DNA from: Octopus sinensis
Lineage: Eukaryota
Length of the DNA stretch: 64,000 nucleotides
NCBI RefSeq assembly: GCF_006345805.1
Contig: NC_043000.1
Span: forward strand, 95,418,001-95,482,000
Direction: 5' to 3'
Shown piece after piece: positions 12,637 through 25,740 of this stretch. Positions within the stretch are counted from its first letter, which is position 1. The number at the start of each line of letters is the position of its first letter. A program made the translations under genes and the position numbers. The notes beneath the pieces were generated by a model that saw only the letters and a list, made by a program, of their open reading frames with translations, did no database searches and had not been told where the DNA came from.

Positions 12637-13151
12637 ATGGCTGACACGAAGAATCAGCGTGTTTCCGTGAAATTGTGTTTTCTGCTGGGGAAAATAGCGG
12701 CCGAAACAGTTGTCATACTTCAAATAGCTTACAGGGACTCTGTCATGAGCAAAACACAAGTTTACGAGTGGTTTTCACATTTTAAGAATGGTCACTTGTC
12801 GTTTGAAGATCAACTTCGTTCAGGGCGACCGTCAACCTACCGAACGAATGAAAATATCACAAAAATTCCTGAACTGACCTTGGAGGAACGTCGCCGAACA
12901 GTTGACGAACTTGCATGACTGGTGTGTCCTGGAGCTCCTGCTGACGAATTCTGAGCGAGGAATTGCGAATGAAAAGAGTTACACAAACGAGGAGTGGCTG
13001 TGTAGTAAGTAGCTTGCTTAACAACCACATGGTTCCGGGTTCAGTCCCACTGCGTGGCACCTTGGGCAAGTGTTTTCTACTATAGCCTCGGGCCTACCAA
13101 AGCCTTGTGAGTGGATTTGGTAGACGGAAGCTGAAAGAAGCCCGTCGTATA

Positions 13152-13216
<65 letters not shown>

Positions 13217-13645
13217 TTATGTGTCTCTGCTTGTCCCTCCCACATCGCTTGACAACCGATGCTGGTGTGTTTACGTCCCCGTAACATAGCGGTTCGGCAA
13301 AAAGAGACCGATACAATAAATACTAGGCTTACAAAGAATAAGTCCTGGGGTTGATTTGCTCGACTAATGGCGGTGCTCCAGTATGGCCGCAGTCAAATGA
13401 CTGAAAAAAGTAAAAGAAAGTAAAAGAAAAGAAAGGAAGGTCAGTTGGAAGTTGATTCGGACCTTTTTTCGAAGATCATCACAGGGGACGAAAGCTGGTG
13501 TTATGGCTACGACCTGAAAACGAAGCAGCAATCAAATCAAGGGAAGTATTCCATGTCACCACGCCCCAAAACAGCGTATCAAGTGAAGTCCAATGTCAAG
13601 ACGATGCTTATTTGCTTCATCGATGCGAAAGGAATTGTCCACAGA
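12637..13645 (+). pseudogene. Mariner transposase remnant interrupted by a SINE
   Basis: HTH part MADTKNQRVSVKLCF...QVYEWFSHFKNG...RSGRPST starts at 12637. Catalytic part IITGDESWCYGYD..TKQQS...SPRPK...KTMLICFIDAKGIVH lies after 13445. Frameshifted and truncated. Confidence 0.92.
12991..13435 (+). mobile_element. Family A SINE inserted in mariner
   Basis: Full-length copy with internal (TG)n and GTAAAAGA tail repeats. Confidence 0.92.
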
Positions 13646-14042
13646 ATTTGTTTGACTAATAGTGACGTATATATTTCTGCCTTTAGGTTGTCAAATTGTG
13701 TATTAGCCACCAATATTGTTTATAATTTTCACTTTTACCGTTTAAGAAATCAACGTATGATTTCATCGGAAATCTAATAAGCTGACAAGGCGAGCTGAGT
13801 TTAACCCAAAACGCAGTGAGAGCCACGATGAGCATTTAGATGCGTTAAACATCAAAATGCGATGATTTGGCTATATCTGCAACCGTGGGGAGCTTGCCTC
13901 CCTCGTCAGTTCATTACGATAGTGTTTCTGTGATTAGTGAGTTGTTTTAACTCTTATTTCTAGCAATACTGGTGTAGATTAGTGCCCTTTGTTACTTTAG
14001 TGACGTATATATTTAGGTTGTAAAATTGCGAATTACCCACAC

Positions 14043-14074
<32 letters not shown>

Positions 14075-14337
14075 GCAATTAAGGACAACTACTTAATAAG
14101 GAAAACTTAACAAGAAATTGTCAGGTAGATAGCGTGAAAACCTCATAAGAGAAAAAATTTCGAAAATAATTATTTCTTATTGAACATATTAATTTATATA
14201 TAGAGGGCATTATACATCCAGCCAGATGGCATTATACATACATGCCACACGCTAGAGGGACATTTAGTCATTTCTACCAAAAATATTACTAATCCCACCG
14301 AATGCAATTTTTCAAAGTAAGACATTTAAAAAATATA

Positions 14338-14383
14338 GACCTGTATCACAGTGATTTCATACTTACGTATTCATCAGCAGGCC
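14338..14383 (-). ncRNA. Minimal type I hammerhead ribozyme, canonical core
   Basis: GGCCTG CTGATGA ATAC GTAA GTAT GAAA TCACTGTGA T A CAGGTC: 6-bp stem I, 4-bp stem II with GNRA loop, near-palindromic stem III. Confidence 0.88.
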
Positions 14384-14542
14384 TGGATGTATCATACATA
14401 AACGACCCTGCCTCGCTTAAGCCGATCAGCTAACTGATCAACATCAACGAAGCACATGGGTGAGTCAGACTTTTACGAATTGCATTTCGGGAAAGGAAAA
14501 GTTTTTTCGGAATAAAAAAGTTTTTTCGGAATATATATATAT

Positions 14543-14586
<44 letters not shown>

Positions 14587-14732
14587 ATATATTACGGAGA
14601 TGTACTTGCATAGCAAGTGATTTGATCTGAGATCGTGTGCTGGAACGAAAACGATTGCAGCGTGGAAGGTGTTTGTAAGCCATTTAAGAAACACACAAAA
14701 GCCGTTCGATTCACTTCAACATTTAAGTTTAA

Positions 14733-14783
14733 TTTGTCAAAATATTTTCGACGCTATAAGACCGCGACCTGTTCACTGACAAA
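14733..14783 (-). ncRNA. Minimal type I hammerhead with G3-C8 swapped core
   Basis: TTTGTCA GTGAACA G GTCGC ggtcttata GCGTC GAAA ATAT T T TGACAAA: 7-bp stem I, palindromic AATATT stem III. Confidence 0.72.
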
Positions 14784-14804
14784 AATCCGTGCTGTATATA
14801 AATA

Positions 14805-15349
14805 GCAGCAAGGATCCGACTCTAAAACCACATTAAATGTTCTTATAGCACAAGGAGAGAAGACAAAAAGGTAAAATAAAACTAGTAAAAAATTACTGGA
14901 TAATTCCAGGTCACGGATTTCTGACTTTGCATTTAGTAATGCTTTGCCACATCAGTCATAATTTGCCTTTTTGTCTTCTCTACTTGTGCTATATGAACAT
15001 TTAATGTTTTAGAGTTTTAGAGTCAGATCCTGGCTGCTATCTTCATCTTGGCGGTATCTCTTAGATACCCTAAATTATAATTTTAATAATAATTATTACC
15101 TTTGAAGGTTTTTATTTCCATGCTGGCCACGTGATGAGATCGTTATTTAATTTAAATTAACGATCTTATCCTTATTTATATAAATTTAAATTTATTTCGT
15201 CACTGTATTTACTGCGATGATGTTTTAACCATATCGCACAAGGAATTAAGAAGCGGGCGTTTTAAACTGGTCATGTTGCATAAGTGCATATATATATATA
15301 TATATATATGTATGTATACGTTCGTGTATGTAAGTATTCGTATGCTGTA

Positions 15350-15393
<44 letters not shown>

Positions 15394-15695
15394 ACTCTGC
15401 GTATATTCCACTGATGAGGCAAAGCATTTCTAAATGCAAAGTCAGAAATCCGGGATCTGGAATTATCCAGTAATTTTTTACTAGTTTTATTTTGCCTTTT
15501 TGTCTTCTCTCCTTGTACTATATGAGCATTTAATGTGGTTTTAGAGTCAGATCTTGGCTGCTATTTTCAGCATGGCGGTATCTCGTAGATACCCTAAATC
15601 ATGATTTCAATAATAATTATTACTTGTCAAGGTTTTTATTTCTATGCTGGCCACTTGATAAGATCGTTATTTAATTTAAATTAACGATCTTATCC
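14805..15695. repeat. Rearranged pair of pLTR-like units (inverted plus direct copies)
   Basis: 14805-14956 is an inverted copy of about 15411-15560; 14960-15170 is a direct copy of about 15490-15695. Confidence 0.8.
15405..15463 (+). ncRNA. Type I hammerhead ribozyme
   Basis: ATTCCA CTGATGA GGC aaa GCATT tcta AATGC aaa GTC a GAAA TCCGGGA T C TGGAAT. A truncated minus-strand homolog lies at 14903-14956. Confidence 0.75.
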
Positions 15696-15743
15696 ATATT
15701 TATATATATATATGTGTGTGTGTGTGAGTATGTATGTATATAT

Positions 15744-15859
<116 letters not shown>

Positions 15860-16480
15860 GGGGAACGTGAAGGCCATTCAAAGTAGACCTCAGACATGGC
15901 CCCAGCAAGATGGGGCAACTGCTGATACCACAAAAGAAAAAATGCATTTAAGCGATGTAATTTTTTATATGTGATGTAGTGGTGTTGCAAAATTTGACTT
16001 GTACATATTAATTTCCCTTATGTCCTTTATATTGTATCAAAATGTCATGCATTTATTTGTAATTCTAAGGAAGTTATTAAAAATTGAAACCCATCAGTGA
16101 TGTTTGGGACAGCCTGTATCACTTAATCACCGTTATATGTTTTATCTTATATTTAATCTTTCTATAATATGCAATTTTCTAGATGGTATAATTTAATTTT
16201 TCATTATTGAATTGATAAAAGGTGGGTTTTTTTCTAATTTATATATGTATATATATATATATATATATATTATATTTTGTGAAATTTATTTAGTATTTCT
16301 AAATTAAATTTTTCCCTGTAAGTTTGGAATAACATTCCCTCATATTATATATATATATGACAGATAGATATATATATACATACACATACATGCATATGCA
16401 TACGTGTATACACGTATATATATATATAATACATATATACATATATGTGTGTATATATACATGTATATGTATGTAATTTG

Positions 16481-16514
<34 letters not shown>

Positions 16515-16614
16515 TAGATAGATAGATAGATAGGTACGTACGAACGTACGTAGGTAGACAGATAGAGATATGTATGTATTATATATTTACACACATATAT
16601 ACGTATGTATCTAT

Positions 16615-16677
<63 letters not shown>

Positions 16678-17331
16678 GTGTGTGTGTACATACATATGCA
16701 TGTATCTTATACCATATTTTTCTCCGATAATCTTACATATATCATCTGTTACATCATCAACAATAACCTATCAAATCTATCCCCGATACAAAAATTGGAT
16801 TTGTTAATGTTTCTACAACAAAAAGAAAGAATCGATATGTTCGTGCAAATGTTCCATGGACATTCAACTTATTTTGCCCTTCTGTACGAACTTTTACGAA
16901 GGTTCCCATTAGATAACATACAAAAGCACATTAAGATCAATATGAAGGTTCGAATAGAATCTTTCACGGATTCATCAATATATATATAGAATATTGTCAC
17001 TAATGGATAAAAAAAAATTTGGTTTGACGTATAAATTTCAAAGTTACTTAGAACATTTTTCGATATCAAACTTTGACTTCCAATCTTCTAACTCATGCAC
17101 ACATTACCAAATCGCATTTACGTCTAGGATATCTGGCATAAATGCAGAAATAAATGTCTTTGTATGCATAGGAATAAAAACATACATGCATATTCTTTAT
17201 TTCCTTGTTTCAATCATTAGACTTCGGCTATAATGGAGCACGGTTTTGAAGCGCTATAGTTGAAAACATTGACCCGAATACTTATTCTATCGGTCTTTTA
17301 TGCCGAACCGCTAATATGTATATATATATAC

Positions 17332-17383
<52 letters not shown>

Positions 17384-17477
17384 TACATATATATATATAC
17401 ATCCATATATATACATACATATATATATACATATATACATATATATATATATATACATATATATACATAGATATATA

Positions 17478-17700
17478 CATATAAAGGATCCCATCAACTT
17501 TAAACGGAGTCTGGATAGATTCCTTCAAAGAATACCAGATAAGCCACCCATAATAGGATACAACTCACCCAACAAGAACTCACTACTTGAACAAAACTTG
17601 ACTTCAACAGGATTCGAATAATCCTATCAGGTGGTGCTATTAAGTTAGACATGGCCTGGACCAATCTTTGGTCGAAACATATCTAAGTTTATCTAAGTTA
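17478..17700 (+). mobile_element. 3' end of CR1-like LINE
   Basis: [37 protein letters not shown]-terminal motif, 3' hairpins and TATCTAAG tail repeat. Confidence 0.8.
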
Positions 17701-17778
17701 TATACACCCATATATATATATGTATACACATACATATACATATATATATATAATATATATGCATATATATTATATATA

Positions 17779-17841
<63 letters not shown>

Positions 17842-18167
17842 GAGATACATATAGATCTTCTTATACAGGTAAATCGTGAAATAATTTAATTTAACTGAAC
17901 TTAAAGTCCAGTATATACGAGGATCTCTATGTATCGAAACATTTGTATCGATTAAAAAGCTGCCTAACCCTACTTACTCTTTCTTTTTACTCTTTTACTT
18001 TTTACTTTTTACACACGAGGCATACCTAGGACTAGAATTGGTACCATACCATAATAAAACTACCGGCTATTTGGGAATTCTAAGGGTGCACGAGCTCTAT
18101 TTGTACTCTTATACGTTCTTAACAGAACACACCTCAACTATATATTGATTGATTGGTTCTAGTTTCA

Positions 18168-18226
18168 GCTCACGAGCTGTGGCCATGCTGGGGCACCGCC
18201 ATTTAAAATAAATTCTTGTCAGAAGT

Positions 18227-18274
<48 letters not shown>

Positions 18275-18460
18275 CATACATACATACATGCACACACACA
18301 CACACACATACACACGACAAGTTTCCAACCAGTTTCCATCTACCAAATTCACAAGGCATTGGTGAAGCTATGGTGGAAGACACTTGCGCAATGTGTCAGA
18401 TAGCGAGATTGAATCCGAAACAAGATGTTAGCTATGTAAACTTCTCAACAACACATCCAT
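18168..18460 (-). mobile_element. Fragmented family A SINE
   Basis: Tail at 18168-18200 and head/central region at 18300-18460. Confidence 0.65.
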
Positions 18461-19430
18461 TCTGCACACACACACGTGTGTATTTGTGTGTATGTTTGTT
18501 TGTATGTGTGTGTGTACAGACGCCTGTGTGCATACAATGATATTTAAAACGTTCGTGTCGACTCAAATGTAGAATGACTGGCCTTCGCAACGGAAACTAT
18601 CTCGAGAAAGAAATTCTCCTTAATTAACGATATATGTGAAAAACATACCTGTAGGCTGTGAATGTCATCATCGAACTCTATGTATTTTTCGCATCCATTG
18701 TATACAGGAAAAAAATCTTCTGAGACATTCCATTTTTCTGGACAACTGAGAATTCTCTCGGCAGTTGCTTTTCATGCATTGCTATTGTTGTTCGGCAATG
18801 CTTCTTCACATATTCGCAACTGACGGACATACCATCTGATATTTAAGAATGAATGAGTAAGAGATAGAAGGATGGTGGCGATTGAATGAGGAGAGAAAAA
18901 CAAACAAAATTTTTAGAAAAATATATAGTAAAACAAACAAAATGCAATTTGTTATATTTTAGCATAGAGACTAAGTTTTCTACAAGAGAATTGTTTTCAT
19001 TCATGTTGTCTAAATCGCAACAGCGGTACAGTATTGGACAATACAATTCTATGGACATTTCTCTTGTTTTCTTGATGAACGGTTGTATACGAAAAATAAA
19101 ATACAAAACTAACTTGATCATTGCTTTATTTTAGTTGTCGCTCTTTTTTTACATTTTTCTCAGCGTTCCCTCGTTACGATTCAACGCATCCCCCTCCTCA
19201 TTTTTAATCTACACACATGTAATATCAGGCCAAACGAATTTTATTTTCGGGTACTAGTTTGATCAGGGTGACTAGTGTCAGCGAATATCTGAGCGACACC
19301 GTTTGACTTTAGTCATTAATCCAACTTTTAACGAATAGCTTCTGCCACTCAGATACATAATTTTTTCTCCGTAACTACCAGCTGAAATCAATCATTATAT
19401 TCTAATTCATAATTATATCTCTATATACAT

Positions 19431-19524
19431 TATTGTTTGTTTCGGCTGATATACCCTCCAGTCTTCATCAGTTGTCTTGGGTAAATTTCGTACCTGGGTT
19501 CTCATTCCTAAGATATTTTTCGAC

Positions 19525-19578
<54 letters not shown>

Positions 19579-20084
19579 GAGTGAGAGAGCAGTTCATGCC
19601 ATCAAAGTGACACTGGGGTAAAATATACGAAGCCCAATATACCCATCATGACTACCCGTCTGATAAAGGTACACCAGGCACATGCATCACAACCATATGT
19701 GCGCGACATGGTGATCTCATATCAAGATAAACAGCACATAAACCTTGCAGGTGGGGCCCAGTTAGAATTTTCTTCAGGTTGAGTAGCCCATCCCGCTCAA
19801 ACGGTCCCTGATGAAGGGTTGTTTAAGGATGTTGAAAGAACCACCCATGTTTCCAGAGGTGAACTATTCAAACCCCAAAGAATCCCTCTCAACACATGGC
19901 TATGATGCTCCCCCACTACTTCTGCACGTGATCAGAGATGCACATATCGTCAGCCACTAAGGGACATGCTCAACTGGTTACGGTCAAACAACTGACAAGC
20001 AAATCTGTGGTATTGAGCAGAATATTTGCTGTAGCCCATCTTTTATACCAAGACAAAACAATGTACATGATAACACTTCCAATC

Positions 20085-20141
<57 letters not shown>

Positions 20142-20270
20142 TCAATGCCTGGAATCGAACTCGGAATCTTGGGGATAGTAGCCCGTGGGTATGCCTGTGG
20201 GCATATGGCGTTGTGGTTAAGAGCGCGGTGGCACTAACCCCAAGATTCCAAGTTCGATTCCAGGCAGTGA

Positions 20271-20368
<98 letters not shown>

Positions 20369-20575
20369 GTAATAATAATGATAATAATAATAATAATATT
20401 AAAAAATACCTTAGGAATGAGATCCCAGGTTCGAAATTTACCCAAGACACATAACGAAGGCTGGAGGGTATATCAACCGAAACGTTGTGTTAACAACAAA
20501 CAAGATGAGAACAAATATCTGTCAAATCTAAATAATGTAAATAATATACATAATTCCTCATCTCCTAAATATAGA
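19431..20575. mobile_element. Head-to-head dimer of a tRNA-head/(AAT)n/hammerhead-tail element
   Basis: Plus copy: head 20199-20274 (B-box GTTCGATTCC), (AAT)n, tail 20399-20575. Minus copy: head 20138-20185, (ATT)n, tail 19431-19530. Confidence 0.75.
19580..20078 (-). mobile_element. About 500-bp non-coding repeat inserted into an (ATT)n array
   Basis: Higher-GC unique block bounded on both sides by (ATT)n, splitting the microsatellite of the minus-strand element. Confidence 0.55.
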
Positions 20576-20716
20576 ACTATATTTCTATACGCTTGTGTGC
20601 TCATTTATTGATCTTCCTGCCCATATGCAAATTTATATGTGTCTGTTTATATACGTGGCTAGATAATGAGATTTACAAATGTCACTCATAGCTAGAATAA
20701 ATAACTTTCAAGCATG

Positions 20717-21105
20717 TATTAAGTTGTTCGTAAAATAATGGCTGATTTTAAAAATAAGCCTATATTTTTGAAAAACAGAACTTATATACAAAAGTTTAAT
20801 TATTCAAAATTGATTACTGAACAGCTATGCATTTCTCCCATCGATTAACAAGGTCATTTATGCCTCTTTGATAAAAATCTAAAAGTTTTGATGCCAAGAA
20901 ATCCTTGAATTCAGTTTCGACCTCGGCTTTGGATTGGAGGGGGGGGGGTTTGCCTTAAAAAGTGTCTAGATGCTTGAAAAGTAGTATTCGGTGGGTGAAA
21001 GATCGGGAGAATATGGAGGATATGGTAAAGTCTGGTATCCCGTGTCTATGAGCTTCTACAGTGTCATCCCGGAAATGTGCAGTTGAGCGTTGTCGTGTGG
21101 CATTC
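20717..21105 (-). pseudogene. Mariner transposase C-terminal remnant with right TIR
   Basis: Manual translation gives HDNAQLH...LPYPPYSPDLSPTEYY...GINDLVNRWEKCI; the element ends in a TIR-like CAACTTAATA at 20717. Confidence 0.85.
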
Positions 21106-21109
21106 TACA

Positions 21110-22720
21110 GTGTCTAGAATACAAAGGATTAAAAATAGGTTGATTAAAAATTTTTTCAGAAACATGGGCTTAAACGTTATTTTCGATGATGAAATAACAA
21201 AAGCCAACTTATATACCGATTCATATTTCCCATACCATAAAACCTCAATTAATTTAAAATATATTAGCTTTTTCAGTAATCATCCGAAGACTATTACAAG
21301 AAACTTAGAAATATTACTCTTTACATTTTATTTCCACTACATATATCTATTTTCACGCTTTTAGACTTTATTCCCATTCATCTATCACATATTTTTCCAC
21401 TCTTAATTTTCTGTTAATTTCTTTTTCTTTCTAGATTATCTGCTAATGTTGATATCTTTAACGATAAAACCGAATTTTATAACTCTGTCTTACTTAAAGC
21501 AGGCTATAAAGAAAATATTACGTATATTAACCCTATTGACATTAATTCTGTCTCTATTAATTAGGACACGAAAACACACCATAACGGTAGTAACAATATA
21601 AAATTTAGTTCGAATAATAACAATAAGTCTAGAACTTTCGAAGATAATTACCCAAATAACAAGGTGAGTTCTCGTAAAACAATTTGGTTGATCATTCCAC
21701 TTGATAAGTAGATCAAATCCAAACTCCCTTATCTGTTTCGTGAAGTTATAGATAAGAATTTTCCAAAACCATTCCATTATTAATTCACACCGACTTAGGA
21801 TAGGTTTTTTCAAACACCAAAAGTCTTTCGCAAATCATTTCTTCACATAACCATAAGTTGTTAAATACAAATCCACTTAATGAAAATAATAACAGTGATG
21901 TTATTAACGCTAACCATTCTTTGAACAATAATAACAACAATATTAATATTTCTCATATAAATTCGAATCGAATTCGTTTCCTTAAAAGTAATTCTAAGAC
22001 TAGAAACTCTGTTTATCAGTGTAAACTTATTTGCGGTTCTGATATCTTTTTTTATATAGGTAGCTCTTCATCTCAGTTGTCGAAAAGAATATCTAACCAT
22101 TATTCTAGACATATCAATAAACGCAACAATACTGGGCTTGGTAAATTAATTTCGTCTCTAAAGGAACATAATAAACAATACGTTTTAGAATGGAAAATTC
22201 TATCTAGATCTTTCCCATATGACAAAGGTAAATCTTTTTGTGCGCTCTGTAATGAAGAGCTATTTTTCATCCTTTTCTCGAAGAATACTGTTGTAAACAC
22301 TTTAAAGAACGCGTTTATCGTTGTAAACATTAGCAAAAACATATCTTTAGTTCCTATAAGTAATTTCTACCAATCTATAAAATTCGACCTTTAACTGTCT
22401 CTTTACATTTTATTTCCACTACATATATCTATTTCCACGATTTTAGACTATATTCCCATTCATCTATTACATTATATTTTTCCACTCTTAATTTTCTGTT
22501 AATTTATTTCTTTCCCCTCCTTCTCTTTCTGTAATTTACCTTTGACGTTAAATCTATTAACTGTTTTTTTTTAAATAACTTAGGCTAAAATGGCTTATTG
22601 GTGTGTTTTGTTCCTTTTTTTCCCCTGATGAGATGATTTCATTGTTTCACATCATTTTTATTCTCTCTGGAATTATCTCAGTGCTTTTTTTCGAAACCTA
22701 AGTTGAAAGTATAAATGATT
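21110..22720 (+). mobile_element. 5'-truncated Penelope-like element (RT thumb plus GIY-YIG), degenerate
   Basis: SNHPKTI, RLSAN...AGY and NSVYQC...FYIGSS...KRISNH...CALCNEE motifs; the 3' region carries a degenerate CTGATGA (22625-22631)...GAAACCTAAGT motif. Confidence 0.88.
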
Positions 22721-22933
22721 TGAATAACACATGCGTTTGACTCCATTTCTTAATTTATCGATGTTATACGAATACATTTCACTTAACCCTAGAATTTCTA
22801 CCTTTATAAGTAAGCTGTAATATCTTTAGCACTTATGTGAATTTTTGCTACCCTGGTAACTATATTTTCTTGTTATTCGTACACATTGAAAAATATACAT
22901 ACATACATACATACATACATACATACATACATA

Positions 22934-22971
<38 letters not shown>

Positions 22972-22999
22972 ATAATATATATATAATATAATATATATA

Positions 23000-23160
23000 T
23001 ATAGGACTTCTTTCAGTTTCAGTCTCCCATATCTACACACAAAAGTTTGGTCGGTCGGCCGAGGATATAGTAGAAGACACTTGCCCAAGGTGCCACGCGG
23101 TGCCATTGAAGCCGGAACCATGTCTTTAGGAAGCAAACTACTTACTTCACAACCATGCAT
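23000..23160 (-). mobile_element. Partial family A SINE
   Basis: Head and central domain homology. Confidence 0.75.
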
Positions 23161-23531
23161 GCGCTTATATGTATACTCTGTGCTTATTCTTTGTTATTTT
23201 TTAATTTAGAACTCGAACTTATCAGCCTGCTTTGATTTAGGATTTATCTACAAGTAATTAGATATCTCTCGAAATAACTGCCACCAAGGACTCCACGTGT
23301 ATATACTAACTTGTCAGCAAGAAAGTGTGATTGAATTTGGTTTCTCAAAGAATGAAATTAGGACTATGATTCACAAATATCAAATGAGCATCATAGCAGA
23401 TCTAAAAGAAATTTGGAAAACCTTTACCATATTTAAAGAATCGTTAATCATAAAAAAATATTCTAGACAATCCTATTTTACCAATATTATTATTTTATCT
23501 TCTTTCTGTATGTATGAGTGTTTGCGTTAAT

Positions 23532-23564
<33 letters not shown>

Positions 23565-23880
23565 ACCTTCTCATTCTCTCTCTTCCTCTTCCACCCTCCC
23601 TCTCTCTCACTCTCTCTTCTTTCTTTTCCTTTAGTTCTTAACAAACTCCTATTAATTTTGCCATCAGACAAATGGGCGGTGAAAATAATGAAATTTATAA
23701 GTCAAATCAAAAACGAATTTATGTAGACATATAGTTAATGAGAGAAAGCGAGAAAAGGCGATAGATACATGGATATACATAAGTGTTACATATAAATACA
23801 CTCACATACACACACACACATAAATATATAAACATATATATATACATACATAACATATATATATACACATATATATACAC

Positions 23881-23926
<46 letters not shown>

Positions 23927-24135
23927 GTGTACATATATATATACATATATATATATATATACACATATACATATATATATACACATACACATATACATAT
24001 ATATACACATGTATACATACATTTATATATATATATATATATTATATATACCTTTATATATATACACACACATATTCAAATGCATGAATATATATATATG
24101 TGTGTGTTGTGTGTGTGTGTGTGTGTGTGTATACT

Positions 24136-24210
<75 letters not shown>

Positions 24211-25291
24211 TATATATATATATGTGTGTATATATGTATATACATATGTATGTATAAACCTATATATATGTGTATATATATATGTATATACATATGTTTT
24301 TTTTACTTACTTGCTCGTTTAATAAATGGCTATTTTGGAAATGTATGGAAACATTTGTTTCAGATGAGTGACTAAAAATACAAAGCGTATGATCTGTTCC
24401 AAGACTGATTGCCAAAGTGGAAACAGCACTCTAGTAATTGGCATATATATATATACTAATTTTGATAAAAGCTTCTAAAAAGAAAAGTGAGAAAATAACT
24501 CGGAAAGTTAAATGATGATGATGATGATGATGATTTTCTTTAGTGTCCCACATGAGAATGCTGTTCGATCAAACTTCATTTCATAGTTATGATGAAACAC
24601 GAATAACAATTGCTTCTGGCTGCTTATTCGTTGGCGACGATGTGATATTGTGTGGTTTGGTATTGTCAGAAGACAGTTAGCATATAGAGATAAACAGATG
24701 AAAATACTGAAGTATAGAGATGGCCAGGTATACAGACGGACAAGCAACAAAATGTACTCAAATATTGACTGAAGAAAATATAATAAAGGTATGCGGAATG
24801 GAATATACAGAACTTAACAAATATTGCTTTTGACTTGGAGTATATTTAAATGAAAAAATAACAGAGGAATTAGAAGCTGTCAAAAAATTTCAAATAGTAA
24901 CTATTTTGTGGCTGTGGATATTTCGCTATCAAGAGAATAGATTCAATACTTGTTTTGCCGTCTTATTAAGAAAATGACACTTGTAAATCCGCTTAATCTT
25001 CAATAGCAATTTACAGAGACAGACGAATGTTTTCATTTTCTATTAACCAGTATAAGACGCCAATATCTCTTTGTCTCTTTTTCTCTCTCGTGACAAACGT
25101 GACAATTTCTGAACTTCGAAAGTTAATAGAACTAATTTTGCATATCTCTTGTTTTTCTACATATTAGCAGTACTAAATTTATAAAACAAAATTCCTTGTA
25201 TCAGCTTTATCATATTAATTGTAATATATATATATATATATGTTATACACACACACACACACACATATGTGTGCTTATGTATGTATGTATG

Positions 25292-25342
<51 letters not shown>

Positions 25343-25374
25343 TTAAATATACATATATATATATATACTTAAAT

Positions 25375-25413
<39 letters not shown>

Positions 25414-25686
25414 ATATATATAATATATATATATATTATATATATATATATATATACTATTATTATTATTATTAGATGAGAGTACTTGGCTTAGTGGTTA
25501 GGGTATTGCACTCACGCTCGCTAGAGCGTGCTTTCAATTCCAAGACTAGGTGGTGCGTTGTGTTCTTGAACAAAACACTTCATCTCACATTGCAATCATT
25601 TCGACACCTGACGCGTGGTACACACTTCAAAAGCTGAACACTCATACGTCATCTTCGACGGGAGAGTCCATCTTTATTATTATTAT

Positions 25687-25740
25687 ATACGTCAAATATT
25701 GATATTTCGCAAATTTTCTTTTAGCTCATCAGTGCCGTAT
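25687..25740 (-). ncRNA. Type I hammerhead ribozyme
   Basis: ATACGGCA CTGATGA GC taaaagaaaattt GC GAAA TATCAATA T T TGACGTAT: stem I 7 of 8 pairs. Confidence 0.7.

Noticed and set aside
17640-17700. Hairpin plus GAAACATATC resembling a hammerhead half
   Set aside because: No CUGANGA; explained as a CR1 3' tail motif.
18560-19290. Possible Tc1-like TIR and transposase start on the minus strand
   Set aside because: Only vague similarity; no DDE motifs or second TIR found.
19800-19840. CTGATGAAGGG...GAAAG
   Set aside because: No stem II pairing.
22620-22710. Hammerhead at the PLE 3' end
   Set aside because: Core motifs are present, but stems I and II do not close in register; kept only as a degenerate note.
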